Part shown: positions 26,380 to 51,032 of the stretch, piece by piece
How the letters are laid out: every line of letters starts with the position of its first letter
Position numbering within the stretch: the first letter of the stretch is position 1
Assembly (NCBI RefSeq): GCF_037042905.1
Contig: NC_087251.1
Location: 23,376,001 to 23,440,000 of the forward strand
Origin: Lytechinus pictus
Taxonomy: Eukaryota
Length of the DNA: 64,000 nucleotides
Direction: 5' to 3'
Program-made: the position numbers and the translations under genes
The notes under the pieces: model-generated
The model's input: only the letters and a program-made list of their open reading frames with translations
Databases searched by the model: none
Told to the model about the DNA's origin: nothing

Positions 26380-27070
26380 GGCTAAGTGCCACGCCCACTC
26401 TAGGCGACACCCCAATACTTACCCGTGCTAATAAACTGGGACTCCACTTACGCGCGTTTGGGCCTCCCTAGCTTAGAACTAAGCACTAATATCACCTTAA
26501 AAACTAAATCTACAAGGTATGTATAATCTATTTACAAATTTAATAATGTTTAATCGGTACTCACCGGTTCTTTTGTTGCATTTTCAGACCATTTCTCACA
26601 ATTCTTCGTAAATATTTGCGGCAAATTTTGTCGCCATAGACAGCTTAGCGTCCATCTTTATTGATAAATGGAGCGCCCTTTACGATAGTTGTTAATGCCG
26701 CGGAGAAATCGTTAGGCATTTTGGCCTGTGTTCAAGGCGTTCTTTCTGTTTTATTTTTTATATTGAAGATTGTGCATTTGTTGAATAGCGCCGTCTACGT
26801 CAGGTATGAGATCGAGTGTATAAATACACTCTTCCAAAATAATTATGATTCCGACCTGGCGCTGTTTAACTTCAATCTCTTTCACCTAAATTAGCGATGA
26901 ATGCTAGCATTATAAAATATATATTATTAACGTCTGACGAAAAGAATAACCAACCGATCAGCTGACGAGAACGCGAATCACGTGATCTTCATATCAGCTT
27001 CGATCGCGAGTCAGAAGAGAAGAGCAGCTGCCCAGAAAATCAGGAAAAAGCCGTGAAAATGTAAGTTCCC
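26380..27070. promoter_or_regulatory. CpG-enriched, probably bidirectional promoter region upstream of MLH3
   Basis: Local CpG enrichment, palindromic E-box TCACGTGA (~26978), minus-strand donors at ~26564 and ~26422, plus-strand donor GTAAGT at 27061. Confidence 0.5.
26565..26680 (-). other. MLH3: Putative MLH3 first exon (5' UTR; may contribute an in-frame ATG at 26581)
   Basis: CCG|GTGAGT donor at 26564-26559 in a CpG-rich region; splicing to 25045 puts ATG 26581 in frame ([13 protein letters not shown]...). The 5' end is approximate. Confidence 0.6.
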
Positions 27071-27803
27071 CTTCATTTCTTTCATTTTTTGTTGTTGCTA
27101 ACGATGCATTTACACTATAAAATTATAATTTAAATAAGAGAAAGGAATTATAGCTTGTACTTGTGATATAATGTTTAAATATCATGTTCTCAGAGATTTC
27201 TAACCAAAAATACTACTGATGTCGCCTATGAGGTCCATACATGTAATGTTGGACCTCATTGGTACTAGGAGTGGCCACGCCCACACGTGAAATATTTGCT
27301 GAGCTTTTTGTCTCAAATTTAAGAGATTCCACTCTTTATGGTTACCATATCATAATGATAAGTGTCAAATTTATACTAGTAAAAACATATTTGATAATTG
27401 TGAAATTTATATCTGAAGACGGGTTTCCTTTTACTAGTGGGACGCCCTGTAATGTTAGATCTAACGTTAGTCCTTAACAATTTAAATTTTACCAACACTA
27501 TTTTCAGTACGTGGGGGACGGGGGCCTAACTAAATAAGATTAAGAAAAGACGCACACTGCACTGGACGCACCTGAACGTGGTCTTGATCTAGATCTTACA
27601 TTGAACACTCGATAACTCCATTTTCATCTTCATAATTGATAAAATTACACGAAACGGACAAAACATCACATTTAAAACAGCGAAACAAAATGAAGCAACC
27701 CATCTCACTCACCTCGGCTTTCTTTCCAAACTTTGAAATTCGCGAATTTTCTGCTCTGCGCTGTAGAGGGCGCAAGGTAAAAAAAAGGGGGGCAGAAAAG
27801 AGT

Positions 27804-28003
27804 TGAGGTGCCGTGGCCAAGTGGTCTAAGGCGCCTGGCTATACATGGAAAGTCCGGGGTTCGATCCCCGGCCGCGGCACCTGTGCCCGTGAGCAAGGCA
27901 TATAACCTACAATGCTCTTTTATCCTGCTTTCAAATAAATGGAAATGCTATATGCATTATTGGAAACTAGATGTGCACTTGTAAAAAAAAAAAAAAAAAA
28001 AAA
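27804..28003 (+). mobile_element. Young tRNA-derived SINE with poly(A) tail and TSD AAAAGAGT
   Basis: Box A TGGCCAAGTGG, box B GGTTCGATCC, GGTGCCG/CGGCACC acceptor-like stem, ~100-bp body, ~25-nt A run; AAAAGAGT at 27796-27803 and 28004-28011. Confidence 0.88.
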
Positions 28004-28804
28004 AAAAGAGTGCATTTGACATTGTGTATGAAAAAAACACCAGATCGTTGAGAAAGCTTTATGAAATGAAATTAATTAATTAGTATTAAACGTCTCTTTT
28101 CATATTGTACCTGAAATGGAAAGTGAGTGTTTTGAGCTCGTAAGCCTACTAAATAGATGTTATGCTTTTCCTGGTTCTTGTCTGCAATTTTGTGATTTTG
28201 AAGAAAAAAAAACTTGATTGTGAAATTGTGAAAAATGAGTGGTCTTATATTCTCCATATTCTCCATATTATGCAAAGAGAATTCTACTCAACGGAAGACA
28301 AAAAAGTGTACTTGGAATCTTGACCAGTTTTCTATAGAATAGGAGTAAAAATAGTTAAAATGAACTCGGAACACCTCAATGTAGGCAGATTATTCTGGGT
28401 TGCAGAATGTATCTGTCAATGTGTTTGAAACAGACTCTTAGATGGGCTAGATAAAATGGGTACACTATTTCGAGCAAAAGGCCCTAGCTGATCAGGCAGC
28501 AACATCATTTTAAATTGGCAAACAAATCCACATTTTGCATTTATTCATTTCTGAGAATATATATATATAATTATATATATAATTATTATTACAATTATTA
28601 TACATATAAGCCTGTCTATTTTATGGCAAGGGTGTCTTTTCTAAATTTCAAATATCATCATCCTGGTGAAATTACCTTATTTGTGTTTTTTAATGTTTGT
28701 CAATTTTTTTTCCAAGTTTCATGAATGTGCTTCCCTGAAATTCCATCTTGCATTCGAACCAACGAACGTAGAGGGCAGCAACACACAAGCGTGTTGCTCT
28801 AAGG

Positions 28805-31399
28805 CATAGAGATATATACTAATAACGCTAGAGGGCGTACTTCGTCAAATCGCTGTGATTACGCGGAGACCGGCCGCCATTACTCGATAGGTATTCGTAG
28901 CCTGCCATGCGCGTACAGTACCTATGGGGCATGTACAGTGATAGCACAGAAACGGAACAAAATGATGACATATGAGCGCGAAAGCAAATGGAAAAGTTAA
29001 ATAGTTTTGAATATAATTAATTAAAGTTTAAATCAACAAAAAATCTAACAAAACGAGAACAAAAATATGCCTATATAGGAATATCAATAGCGAATATACA
29101 GGCCAATGATACATCCCCAATTGTTTTTGCTTTGGTCATATTAAACATTTTGATAGGTCGCTACATTTATTTTTATGACTTTTATTTTCTAATGATTTGG
29201 AAGGGATGAATATTAAAAATAACATGTGTAGGCCTATGCATAACCATGATGCTGATAATTTATTTCTTCATTTTTTTAAAAATAATTGTTATATTTTTTC
29301 CATATACTAGACAGACACATAGACATCATAATAGGGCATAGCCCCTTTTCCCCATGGGTTTAAACGTCGATGTAACCGTCATCACAATAACTCGTGAGTC
29401 ATAAAAATGACTTTTTATTGATATTTGAAAATGATTTACGCATTGGTCCAATTAATTGATGAATCTATAAGTAATATGATTTAGATTTCCAATATTGGCA
29501 ACCATCCGATCATTTATGTGCAAATCAATGTAGAAAGTTTGTTGACAGCAAAATTTGCATATCAAAAACGCGCGTTGTACAATTTTGTAATGTACAGGTC
29601 TGGAGGCCTAATGGGGGAAATTATGTTTACAGTATTGCCTTGCAAATAACATGATAGTAGTAGTAGTAGTATTTATTTCCGTATTAAAAGCACAATTATA
29701 TACAATAAAATACGGTGGATAGCCCACATTCAGCGTGACTGGCACTAATAAACAAATTGCAATGCGTGTCGCAACATAAAAGAGTTTCACTTTGATTTTC
29801 TGGAAAATCTAGCCTTGATCCCCCCCCCCCCCGGCTGAAGTAATATACTGATCGGCTGACTCTGTTAACATATCGCTGGTGTTTATGATCCTTTGATTGG
29901 ACCCCGGGGGGGCCACTTACATTGACGAGTGGATACCATGCGCGACCAAAAAAACACGTAAAAAGGATGTCTTTTTCACGATAGGGCACGTTACGTACGT
30001 AACGTGATAAGGGTGTCAAAAACGCAATAATAATGAAAAAAGGGTATCTATTTCGCTAGGACAATTACGTGTTTAGGGTCGAATTTGCGGGGATGATAAA
30101 ACAAAATTAAAATGTTTTATAAAGGATGTCCTTTTTGCCCCAACACTTCGTGTTTAGAGTCCGATTTGCGCGAGGTGTAGAAGGTGGGGTCGTACTAAAC
30201 CAAATAAGGTAAAGCCGACGACCGAAGGACCCGTAACAATAAAACATTCCTGTACTTGTTTAGGGGTTCATTTCAGGGAATATTTGCCATGATCTCGTTT
30301 TGTTTCCAATACTTGTTAAGGGTAGGGATTCACACGCCAATACTTGTTAAGGGGTGCATTTTCAGATTATGGAAATTACGTGTTTAGGGTGCTTTTTGAG
30401 ACCCCATGGTCGCGCATGGTATCCACTCGTGAATGGAAGTGGCCCCCCCGGGGATTGGACAAATTATGTGAACAAATCAAGGATCGAATAATAAGGAGAG
30501 CTAGGAAGAAGGAGGAGAGGAGAAGAAACAGGGCGGGAGTGGGATATAATTTTAATTTGTACTATACTACAAGGAATATTATTACTTAAAATAAAAAAGT
30601 TTTGCAAAATTGTGAGTAGGCCTACAAAAATCAAACATTAAGCAATGATAGGCCTATTGTAAAACTGACAAATACTTGGAATAAGATATCACAATTATTG
30701 CCGGCTGTTGAGTGATCAAAATGATACCTGTCAGGGAGGGGCCCAGTCGAGCCCCCTGTACTTTGTATTATGTTTGAATGAAAATGAAAAAAAAATTGAA
30801 GTGAAGTGAAACGAATAGAGTTGAAATGAATCAAAATTACAAAATTATATCCATCATTGGTCATGAGAACAGTCATGTGGACGAAGGAATGTGCCAAAGG
30901 ATGATGTATCAAAGATAGGGAAGTCCAGAGAAGATGGGCTAATTCTGTCTTTTGAAATGATTGTCAAAATTTACTTTTAATGTATGTTTGATTTTTTTCT
31001 ACTTATTTATGTCATATTATCAATATTGTTATTTTATTATTATCTAGGCATGTGGCAGGTAAATACACTGTATAGAGAATTTCATCCCGAGAATCCAGAT
31101 AAAAAAAGACAAATTAATAGCATAATCCCCATGTAATCACAATAATAATTTATTGAGATGCAATTTGTCATTCATATTTTCAATTGTAATTAGGTTTGAT
31201 TTTTTTTCTTCAAGATAAAAGCCGGAGACAGCATCCCCTTCCACAGCGTTACAACGTACGGTCTATGGGTACATCCAGGTACTTTTGCGAATCTATACCT
31301 ATCAAGCAATTGCCGATCATGCTCCGCGCAATCACAGACGTTAAGTACGCGCGCCTATGGTGACTCCGCACTCTAGCGTAGTTAGTATACATCTCTATG
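28805..31399. mobile_element. Nested element with CATAGAGAT TIRs and 8-bp TSD CTCTAAGG (P/hAT-like), inserted into the left TIR of the outer element
   Basis: CATAGAGATATATACTAATAACGCTAGAG / CTCTAGCGTAGTTAGTATACATCTCTATG; CTCTAAGG at 28797-28804 and 31400-31407. Confidence 0.9.
29903..30452. mobile_element. Third-level nested MITE with CCCGGGGGGGCCACTT TIRs and 8-bp TSD GATTGGAC
   Basis: ~45-bp TIR including gagtggataccatgcgcgacca; GATTGGAC at 29895-29902 and 30453-30460. Confidence 0.9.
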
Positions 31400-31633
31400 C
31401 TCTAAGGTCAACTCGATACGCGCATGCAGCTGAGCTGCGCGCGTATTTTATTGTTCATGCCAACGAAATCAAATGCCGATCCAATACAACAACAAATTAG
31501 TAGCGATCAAAAAACGAATATGAAAGAATATGACTACAACAATATCAAAGATAACTTAAAAAATATGTTGAGGAATATATATACATATAAAAACATACTT
31601 TGATATTTAAAACTTTACAAATATAAGTTTCAG

Positions 31634-32460
31634 GGGTGGTATTCTGAGATCCATTTTATCTCAGATAAAATAAAATATTTTATCTCCGTTAAAATCAGTG
31701 AGATAAAATACCCTTAAAATCTCTCCGAATTAGTATTCTGAGAACAATTTTATCTTCATTTTATCTCTGTAAGACACACCTATTTTTTAATCAATATCCA
31801 ATTAAAAATGCGCTTTTATAGCTCTCTCATATCACTCAACCAATGAAAATCCATTCCGCCAGGAGGTGTGGCAAAGGAGTGATATTGCGTCAATTTATTG
31901 ACTTCAAATACGCTTGCAAAATACGCTTGCGCGTCTTTACAGAGATTTCTTTTTAAAAAATGACAATACTCTCATCTTTTTTTCGAAGTCTATATCACAT
32001 CTTTTCAAGCATCATTTCAAAGACAATATTAGTCAAGAAAAGTTTTATGAAATACTTCCTGATTGTACAGGAATAACATTAAGGTATTATTCTCAATAAA
32101 TATATAATTTTTCTTAATTTTCATGTCAACATTTGTAGTTAATTCACCAAGAAATAATGATAAAAGCAACGTCGCAGAGATAAAACAGCCCCTACCCTCT
32201 TTTAAGTTTATTTTATTTTTTCTTCAAAGTAACATGGGCGCAAGCACATCATCCGCGTTGCATGGCCAGATACGCGATAGGTATGTCTACGCAGGCACTC
32301 CTCTGTTGCGTATCATCTGTAGATACGCAAGATAAAATTTATATGCAAGATAAAATTCAAAATTTTATCTGAGAGATAAAATGTCATCTCAGAATACCAA
32401 TTTCATTTTAAGAGATAAAATAAAATATTTTAAAGATAAAATGACCTCAGAATACCGCCC
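31634..32460. mobile_element. Nested PIF/Harbinger-type MITE, TSD CAG
   Basis: GGGTGGTATTCTGAG...CTCAGAATACCGCCC TIRs, subterminal agataaaa/ttttatct arrays, CAG at 31631-31633 and 32461-32463. Confidence 0.85.
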
Positions 32461-33099
32461 CAGGAAACTAAAATCATTACCAAATCGGTGATTGTTGTTA
32501 TCACCAGACGGCTGTATTAGGTGATTTGCGTCGAGACGATTTTGTGACCACTCGCAAAGCATTTCGGGATTGAATATAACCACCTTATTTTCTCTGAGCT
32601 CTTCGCTGAACCCATCATCACAGTGCAGCTGCAGCGCAGCGCGCAGCCAATGCAATGCATCCGATGCATGGGTTGTTTTTTCGCCGTCCATGCCATGGTC
32701 TCGGACTCAGAGTTGAAATTTAAATTTAGACCCGGATTTCGGGGATACAGCGCCTTTATTTCAGATTTATAGACTTAAAAGTCAAATGACATTTAAAATT
32801 TGAAATCTAACCTTGAACAATCATCGTTGATAAACATCAGCCCTGAAGCCATTACACTTCAAATCAGGCCAGGCAAATTAGACGTCATTGTCTAAGTTGC
32901 TAGATCTATGACGAGTCGCCTGAAGCCCCAGCGCATCATCAACGTCACTAGCTAGCTGCGCGACCGGCCCAGACTCGGCGCACCCAGGCCAGAAAAATGA
33001 CCTCGATTATTACGGTGGTTGTCTATGCATTTATTAGTGGTGCAGCGAAATTCAGCAGAAGAAAATAAGAGATATGAGGTATCCTCGTCACAGACTTAA

Positions 33100-33682
33100 A
33101 GGAGAATGAAACCCTTGAAACTAGCTGAATCCATATCAAAGAGAAAAATCAAAGAAACATATTGTTGAAAGTTTGAGGAAGATTAAATGAATAATAAGAA
33201 AGTTATGAGCATTTGAATATTGAGATCACTAGTGCCATGTAGATCCTCCCATCGGCAATGCGACCAAGATCTGTGATATCACACACGTACAACTCCCTCA
33301 TTACTTTACTACTTATTTCACTTATATTCTCACTTTTATAGAGTCTGTCACAAGGTTAGGTGTTTTCTTTATGAGATGACAAGTACAGAGGTTTCACAAC
33401 ATTATATCATTGATGAATCGTTTGTCATATGATTAGAATGAGCAAAAAGAGATGTTTTGGGGTATATTTTCAGTGTCCGAATGGGAGAGTTGTACGTGTG
33501 TGACATCACAGATCTTGGTCGCATTGCCAATGGGAGGATCTCCATAGCATTAGTGATCTCGACATTCAAATGCTCATAACTCTTTTATTGCTAGTCCTAT
33601 TTTACTCAAAGTTTTGTTGATCTTATTCTTTGATTTTTCTGCTTTCACAAAAGCTAACTTGCTCCAAGAGTTTCATTCTCCT
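33100..33682. mobile_element. Nested Kolobok-like element, ~200-bp TIRs, TTAA TSD
   Basis: TTAA|AGGAGAATGAAAC...GTTTCATTCTCCT|TTAA; inverted gcaatgcgaccaagatctgtgat / cacagatcttggtcgcattgc. Confidence 0.88.
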
Positions 33683-34234
33683 TTAATATTCCAAAATGAG
33701 GAAAAATGTCAAAATCATGATTATTTAAGCTAAATATTTTCTTTAAAAATGAAAGTAATGTTTTTAATATTTATACTCAGAATAACCGATCTAATAATTG
33801 TTCATTAAAAAATATTTGAAATTAACAAATGAAAAAAAATCAACTCGACAAATTTCCCAAAACCCCACCTTATTTTTTAAAGTGGTCACAAAATTCGAGC
33901 GGAGTTGACCTTCCTTAGAGCAACACGCTTGTGTGTTGCTGCCCTCTACGTTCGTTGATTCGAACCTTCCCCCTTTCATTGTCAAAAGTTACCATCAAAG
34001 GTTGGATTATTTTTAACTGGAAAACATGTCACATGCTCATCATTCAAAACATCCCCACAATCATTCATTCAAATCCAGTACAATAATAAAATAGAACACA
34101 AAAACATGGTTGCTAAGTTTTAAATAAGAATTATATTTTCAATATACATCATGAATGAAGCTATAAATACTTCCAATGGAAGTCGTTTGTTTTCTTCCAA
34201 AGTGTGATGATCAAACATTAATATGACATGATTT

Positions 34235-34377
34235 CTGGGGAGCGTTTCATCAACATTTATGTTTGACAAGTTATAAGATCTGACAATTTCCCTTTATTTT
34301 GATGGCCTGAGGAGCACGGTTCCTATGGTAACTGTCAGATAAAACGTACAACAATCATTTCATGAAACGCTCCTCAG
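34235..34377. mobile_element. Short TIR MITE, same family as 3819-3973
   Basis: CTGGGGAGCGTTTCAT...ATGAAACGCTCCTCAG. Confidence 0.65.
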
Positions 34378-35851
34378 GTGACAATACTTGACAGACATTT
34401 GTATATACTATAATAACCTCTCATATTCCTACGTTTCAGACATTTTGTGTTTTGTCTAAATACAAAAAACACCAGAACACAAGTAGAAATAAGGGAAATC
34501 TAGAACAAAAATTAATATTGGAAAAAAAGACACATAAAAGGACAGAGTAATATCACCTAATTCACTTCATGCATTGCATATGGTTAACATGAAATAGATG
34601 TAATATTTAAAAGACATACATATGTATTGCCTGCAACTTCAACCTTGGAAGTTACTTTGGAAATAAAAACAGAAAGAGAAATTAAAAACATTTAATTACC
34701 AAGAAGTCACATTCATTTCCATACACATGTGCATTAAAATGAGAACTTGTCAACCAAAATGTCAGGGAAACTGATCTGAAATCTGAAAGGCACATAGTGC
34801 TCTACGTTTAGCACCCTTAATTAATTTCTCTGATGTTTGCAGTGATGCTGAGTAAGGTTGAACACCTTTCTCATAAGAAAAGGCCTAAAAAAGCTAGGAG
34901 GTATTTTTTAAAGGTGCTTTAAAGTTATGCAGAGGGAAAGGGTGACTTCTGACCAGTCAAAATTCCACAAAAATGTATTCAACATAACTTATGACATCAC
35001 AATGAAGTATGTATGACATCATCATATAATGAAATCATTGCGATGTTACAAGTGTGTCCACACAACTTGGTGCTATCTTTTTTTCACCAGAAGCATGTCA
35101 TTCAAGTACATTAGCATATATGTGTGGCAATAATTTGACCACATTTAAACATTCGAACCATCATCTCAAATAAGGCTTTAATATATGACATTACTCTATA
35201 CAAATCAAGATGACATATTAAATTTATTTCTTGAGATAGAGAGCTGGAATTCTGACAGGCTTCTTCTTGACATATAATAGTAAAGATAAGCAAAATTTAA
35301 CCAGTGCAATTAAAGTAATCAAACCATGTGGTTTACAAAGGTATTGTTTAAACTTCCTCAAGATCTTGAATATAAATATAGAATCATATTGAAAGGTAAG
35401 CTCCCTAAATCTATCAATACAAATACTTTTCAACTTTCAGGCAGAACAAAAATGATCAGTGTGAATTATGATTCAAAAGGATGAATTTATAAAAGACAAA
35501 ATGACAAATGTGACACAAAGAAATATAATCACAGAATTCAAAAGAAAAAATATTCAGTGTTGAACTGAGAAAACAAGAACAATGACAATAAATGGTCACA
35601 ATTAACAAGATCTTTGCTGAGTGATTCTATGATGGTTAAAATTAATTATCCATGTTTGCATGCTGTGGTCTCTTTTGGGTGTGAGCACAGGTGAACTATT
35701 TCTTGATAAATGAATTAATAAAAGGGGATAATCCCAATTATTGTTGTGTTGCTATTGTCCACTCGACATTATATGCACATTGGGATCACCACTTGGAATT
35801 AATGAATGTGATGGGCACTGCACTCATAACAAAATCTTACTATTACAGAAA

Positions 35852-36085
35852 TAGAGTACTGAAGCGATGTCAGTTGCCATGGTGTCATGGCGGCCTGGAT
35901 CTTAACAAACGAACCCACCGCTTGAAAGCGTGTGTTTCTCATAGGAGCAAAATGGCTGCTATCGGAATTTGATCGCTTGCAACCTTTTTTTCAGACAAGC
36001 CAAAGTCATTTGTAAAATGCAAATGTATACAGACGATCAGCCTGCCATGACACCCTGGCAACTGACGTCCCACTCCGGTATTCTA
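35852..36085. mobile_element. TAG...CTA MITE with ~50-bp imperfect TIRs (Academ-like), downstream of the SRP54 stop codon
   Basis: gtcagttgccatggtgtcatggc / gccatgacaccctggcaactgac inverted arms. Confidence 0.7.
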
Positions 36086-36923
36086 TAGTGAACACAATTC
36101 TGATTAACATATCAACATTGCTAAGATTAATTAAGTAGGAATTAATGAAATGGGAATCATTTTGTTTGTAATGATAGCAAACACCATACTTGGATAGCAG
36201 AAATCACAATGTTTTGCAAGCGGAACGTTTTTGAAGAAACTTCTTTATGCTATTAATTTCCAAGAAATGAAGTTGAATCACGGCAGGCTACCAAACTGGA
36301 ATGACATGCCTCTACTGATCTATATGACGCTTGCATCAATAACAAGAGCTGAAATTCTTTCATTATTTGAAGACAATGTTATCTAAATACAAATTAGCAA
36401 GTGGCACCACATTCATATAATAAAATCCGAAAGTGGTATTATTCCTCCAGCACATATGAGAGTTTAAAAAGCAAAGATTTAATTTGTTATTTATCACATA
36501 GCCATTAGAGGACATCAGAGGAAAACATACACTATTGTATAAACAGTGATAACAATTCTCCTTGGACGTTTTCACATTCTCACTCCACAGTATTACAGAG
36601 TCCACATTAGCATGATGAGCAAATTTTCTCAAAATAATCAGGAAGTCATGCAAGTTGTTTTTAAAGACGCCCACACCTCAAGCGATGTCTTTACAAAGAG
36701 CCGTTACATAAGATGCCTTTCATCCCCCAAGTGTCTCTCCTTGATCCATTTTTATCCTATGGCTTCCTTCATGCCATAATTGTTCTGTAACACCTCCTGA
36801 TCAATGTTTTTGTAGTACCTGTTGCAGCTATTATGGCATTCTTGTCAGCCGAGTCTATTCCCATCTCTCAATATTATCCATGGTGATATAATGTTCTCCC
36901 CTCCCTTACCCGATTCTCGAGTG

Positions 36924-49228
<12,305 letters not shown>

Positions 49229-49477
49229 CTACGCACTGAATAAGCTGGTTACAAAAATATCTATTTAAACAAAAGGGGGTGAAAGCATTTTTAGATTGGA
49301 ATGTATTACTGTTTTAAAACAAAAAATGAAATTTATTAAACAATACATGAAACCAATATAATGACAATCGATTACTACATTCAATTTTAGACTATTGTTA
49401 TCAATTCCAGAACTGGAAAAACACTGGCCAGATTTTTTTATGACAGTGTTCTTAAGACTTTGTACCTCCGCTGTATA

Positions 49478-50206
49478 CAGAGGCGTCAATCCTGGGGGGG
49501 GGGGGCAGGGGGGGCGATCGCCCCACCAATGAAAATATTGGGGGGGGGGCAAACATATCGTTTTGCCCCCCAATAATTCCGCATGTGCAAAAAATAAAAT
49601 AAGATTGTAATGTTACTCAGAAATCAGCAAGCGATATTAAGATACACAACTCATATTTTATTTAAAATCGTGCTCAAAATGTCCGCTTTTCAGATTCGAA
49701 TATAAAATTTTTCAGCTCACGCTTTGCGCTCGCATCATTTCTGTAGCAAAAACCCATACTTTTCATGATTAAATAGGTGAACAGAATGTCCAGTTTTCAG
49801 TTCTAAACCTCAAAAGAACTCCCGCTTCGATTTGCAATAATCTTTTGTTGGATATATATCTTGTTCTTTATTAAAAACGTCCATTAAACTGTCAATTTTT
49901 TCCAGATCGAAATAACAAAATTTTCAGCTCGCGCTTTGCGCTCGCATTTATTCTTTTAGATACCCATCTTAATCATTGGTACCAAAAATGCTTAGAATGT
50001 CAAGCTTTCAGGTCAGAGTATAAAGAAATTTCAGCTCGCACTCGCAATATCTGTGTAGTGAGATATGTATCCTCCTCATGAGTTACTACAAACAGTCCTA
50101 AACAGGTACCTCTTTCCTGTTTTCAGGTCAGTATAGTATAAAGTTTCAGCTCGTGCTTCGCTTGCATTAATTTGTTGATAAGATATGTGTCTGTTTCTCA
50201 TGAGTC

Positions 50207-50237
<31 letters not shown>

Positions 50238-50330
50238 TGTGTGTGTGTGGGTGGGTGAGTTTGTTTGTTTTGTGTGATCGAGCGCCTTTGGAACGTTGAT
50301 TATGATCCAATTTCATAATCGATTATGAGA
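49478..50330. mobile_element. One-ended CAG-terminal MITE-like element with repeated ttcagctcgcgct(t)cgcgctcgcat units
   Basis: CAGAGGCGTC start with G-runs; the internal repeat family is shared with 53847-54898; ends in (TA)n/(TG)n. Confidence 0.6.
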
Positions 50331-51032
50331 ACAACCTTCATAGCACCAGATACTAACTGTAACTCAGTTTTAGAACAAGGCATCACACACCCAACATAAA
50401 AGCATGCACAGCTGCACTCACACGTATTGCGAGGTTAGTATTAGTATACTAACCTCGCACCACGAACCGCGTTTGGCAGTGGATTTCTAACTAGTGGGTC
50501 GCTCGTGCTGGGATCTCACTTCTTGGGTCCACAACACACGACTTCAATGGCTTGATTTTCCTGTGCGCGGCGGCATGTAATGAACCCTTGGGTGGCACAG
50601 CTGTAATTCACATTAGATCTGTTATGATGGGGTGACCATTATTTGCACACATTTTAAAAATTATCATGAAGTTGATTTTCAATCAAAAATTTCTCACAGC
50701 TCACACAAAATTAATCAAAATCATAAATGCCAAACGGAAGGCAAGATCCTAAAGTCAAATTCGCTTGACGGAATTATAAAGTAGGTCGAGGGTTTCGCTG
50801 GTATAGCGATCTCAAAATTCCATGGTGATCGACTAGTGCACGCTCGGCTGAAAGTGACATAAAAAAGTGTGACCTTATTTAAAACCATCGTGCGCAAATT
50901 AAGGTCCTTAATTTGCGCACGATGGTTTTCAAGGCTTTAGAAACGAAATCAAGCAGATAAAGGTATGATAATCATATCACATGGACTGGAGGTTAAAATG
51001 CCATAAAATCGGCTGGTATCCATTTTACTTAC

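Larger units (their letters stand above)
28760..33957. mobile_element. Outer non-autonomous DNA transposon (CAA...TTG ends, ~50-bp TIR, 8-bp TSD ATTCGAAC; P-element-like) hosting four nested insertions
   Basis: TIR CAACGAACGTAGAGGGCAGCAACACACAAGCGTGTTGCTCTAAGG at both ends; ATTCGAAC at 28752-28759 and 33958-33965. Confidence 0.9.

Noticed and set aside
27807..27881. tRNA gene
   Set aside because: The acceptor stem and A/B boxes are present, but the anticodon arm does not pair (CCTGG/TGGAA). It continues into a body, poly(A) and TSD, so it is a SINE head.
32389..32691. 100-aa ORF inside the outer transposon as a possible THAP or transposase remnant
   Set aside because: It has no THAP C2CH or DDE signature, and its 3' part runs into the Harbinger MITE.
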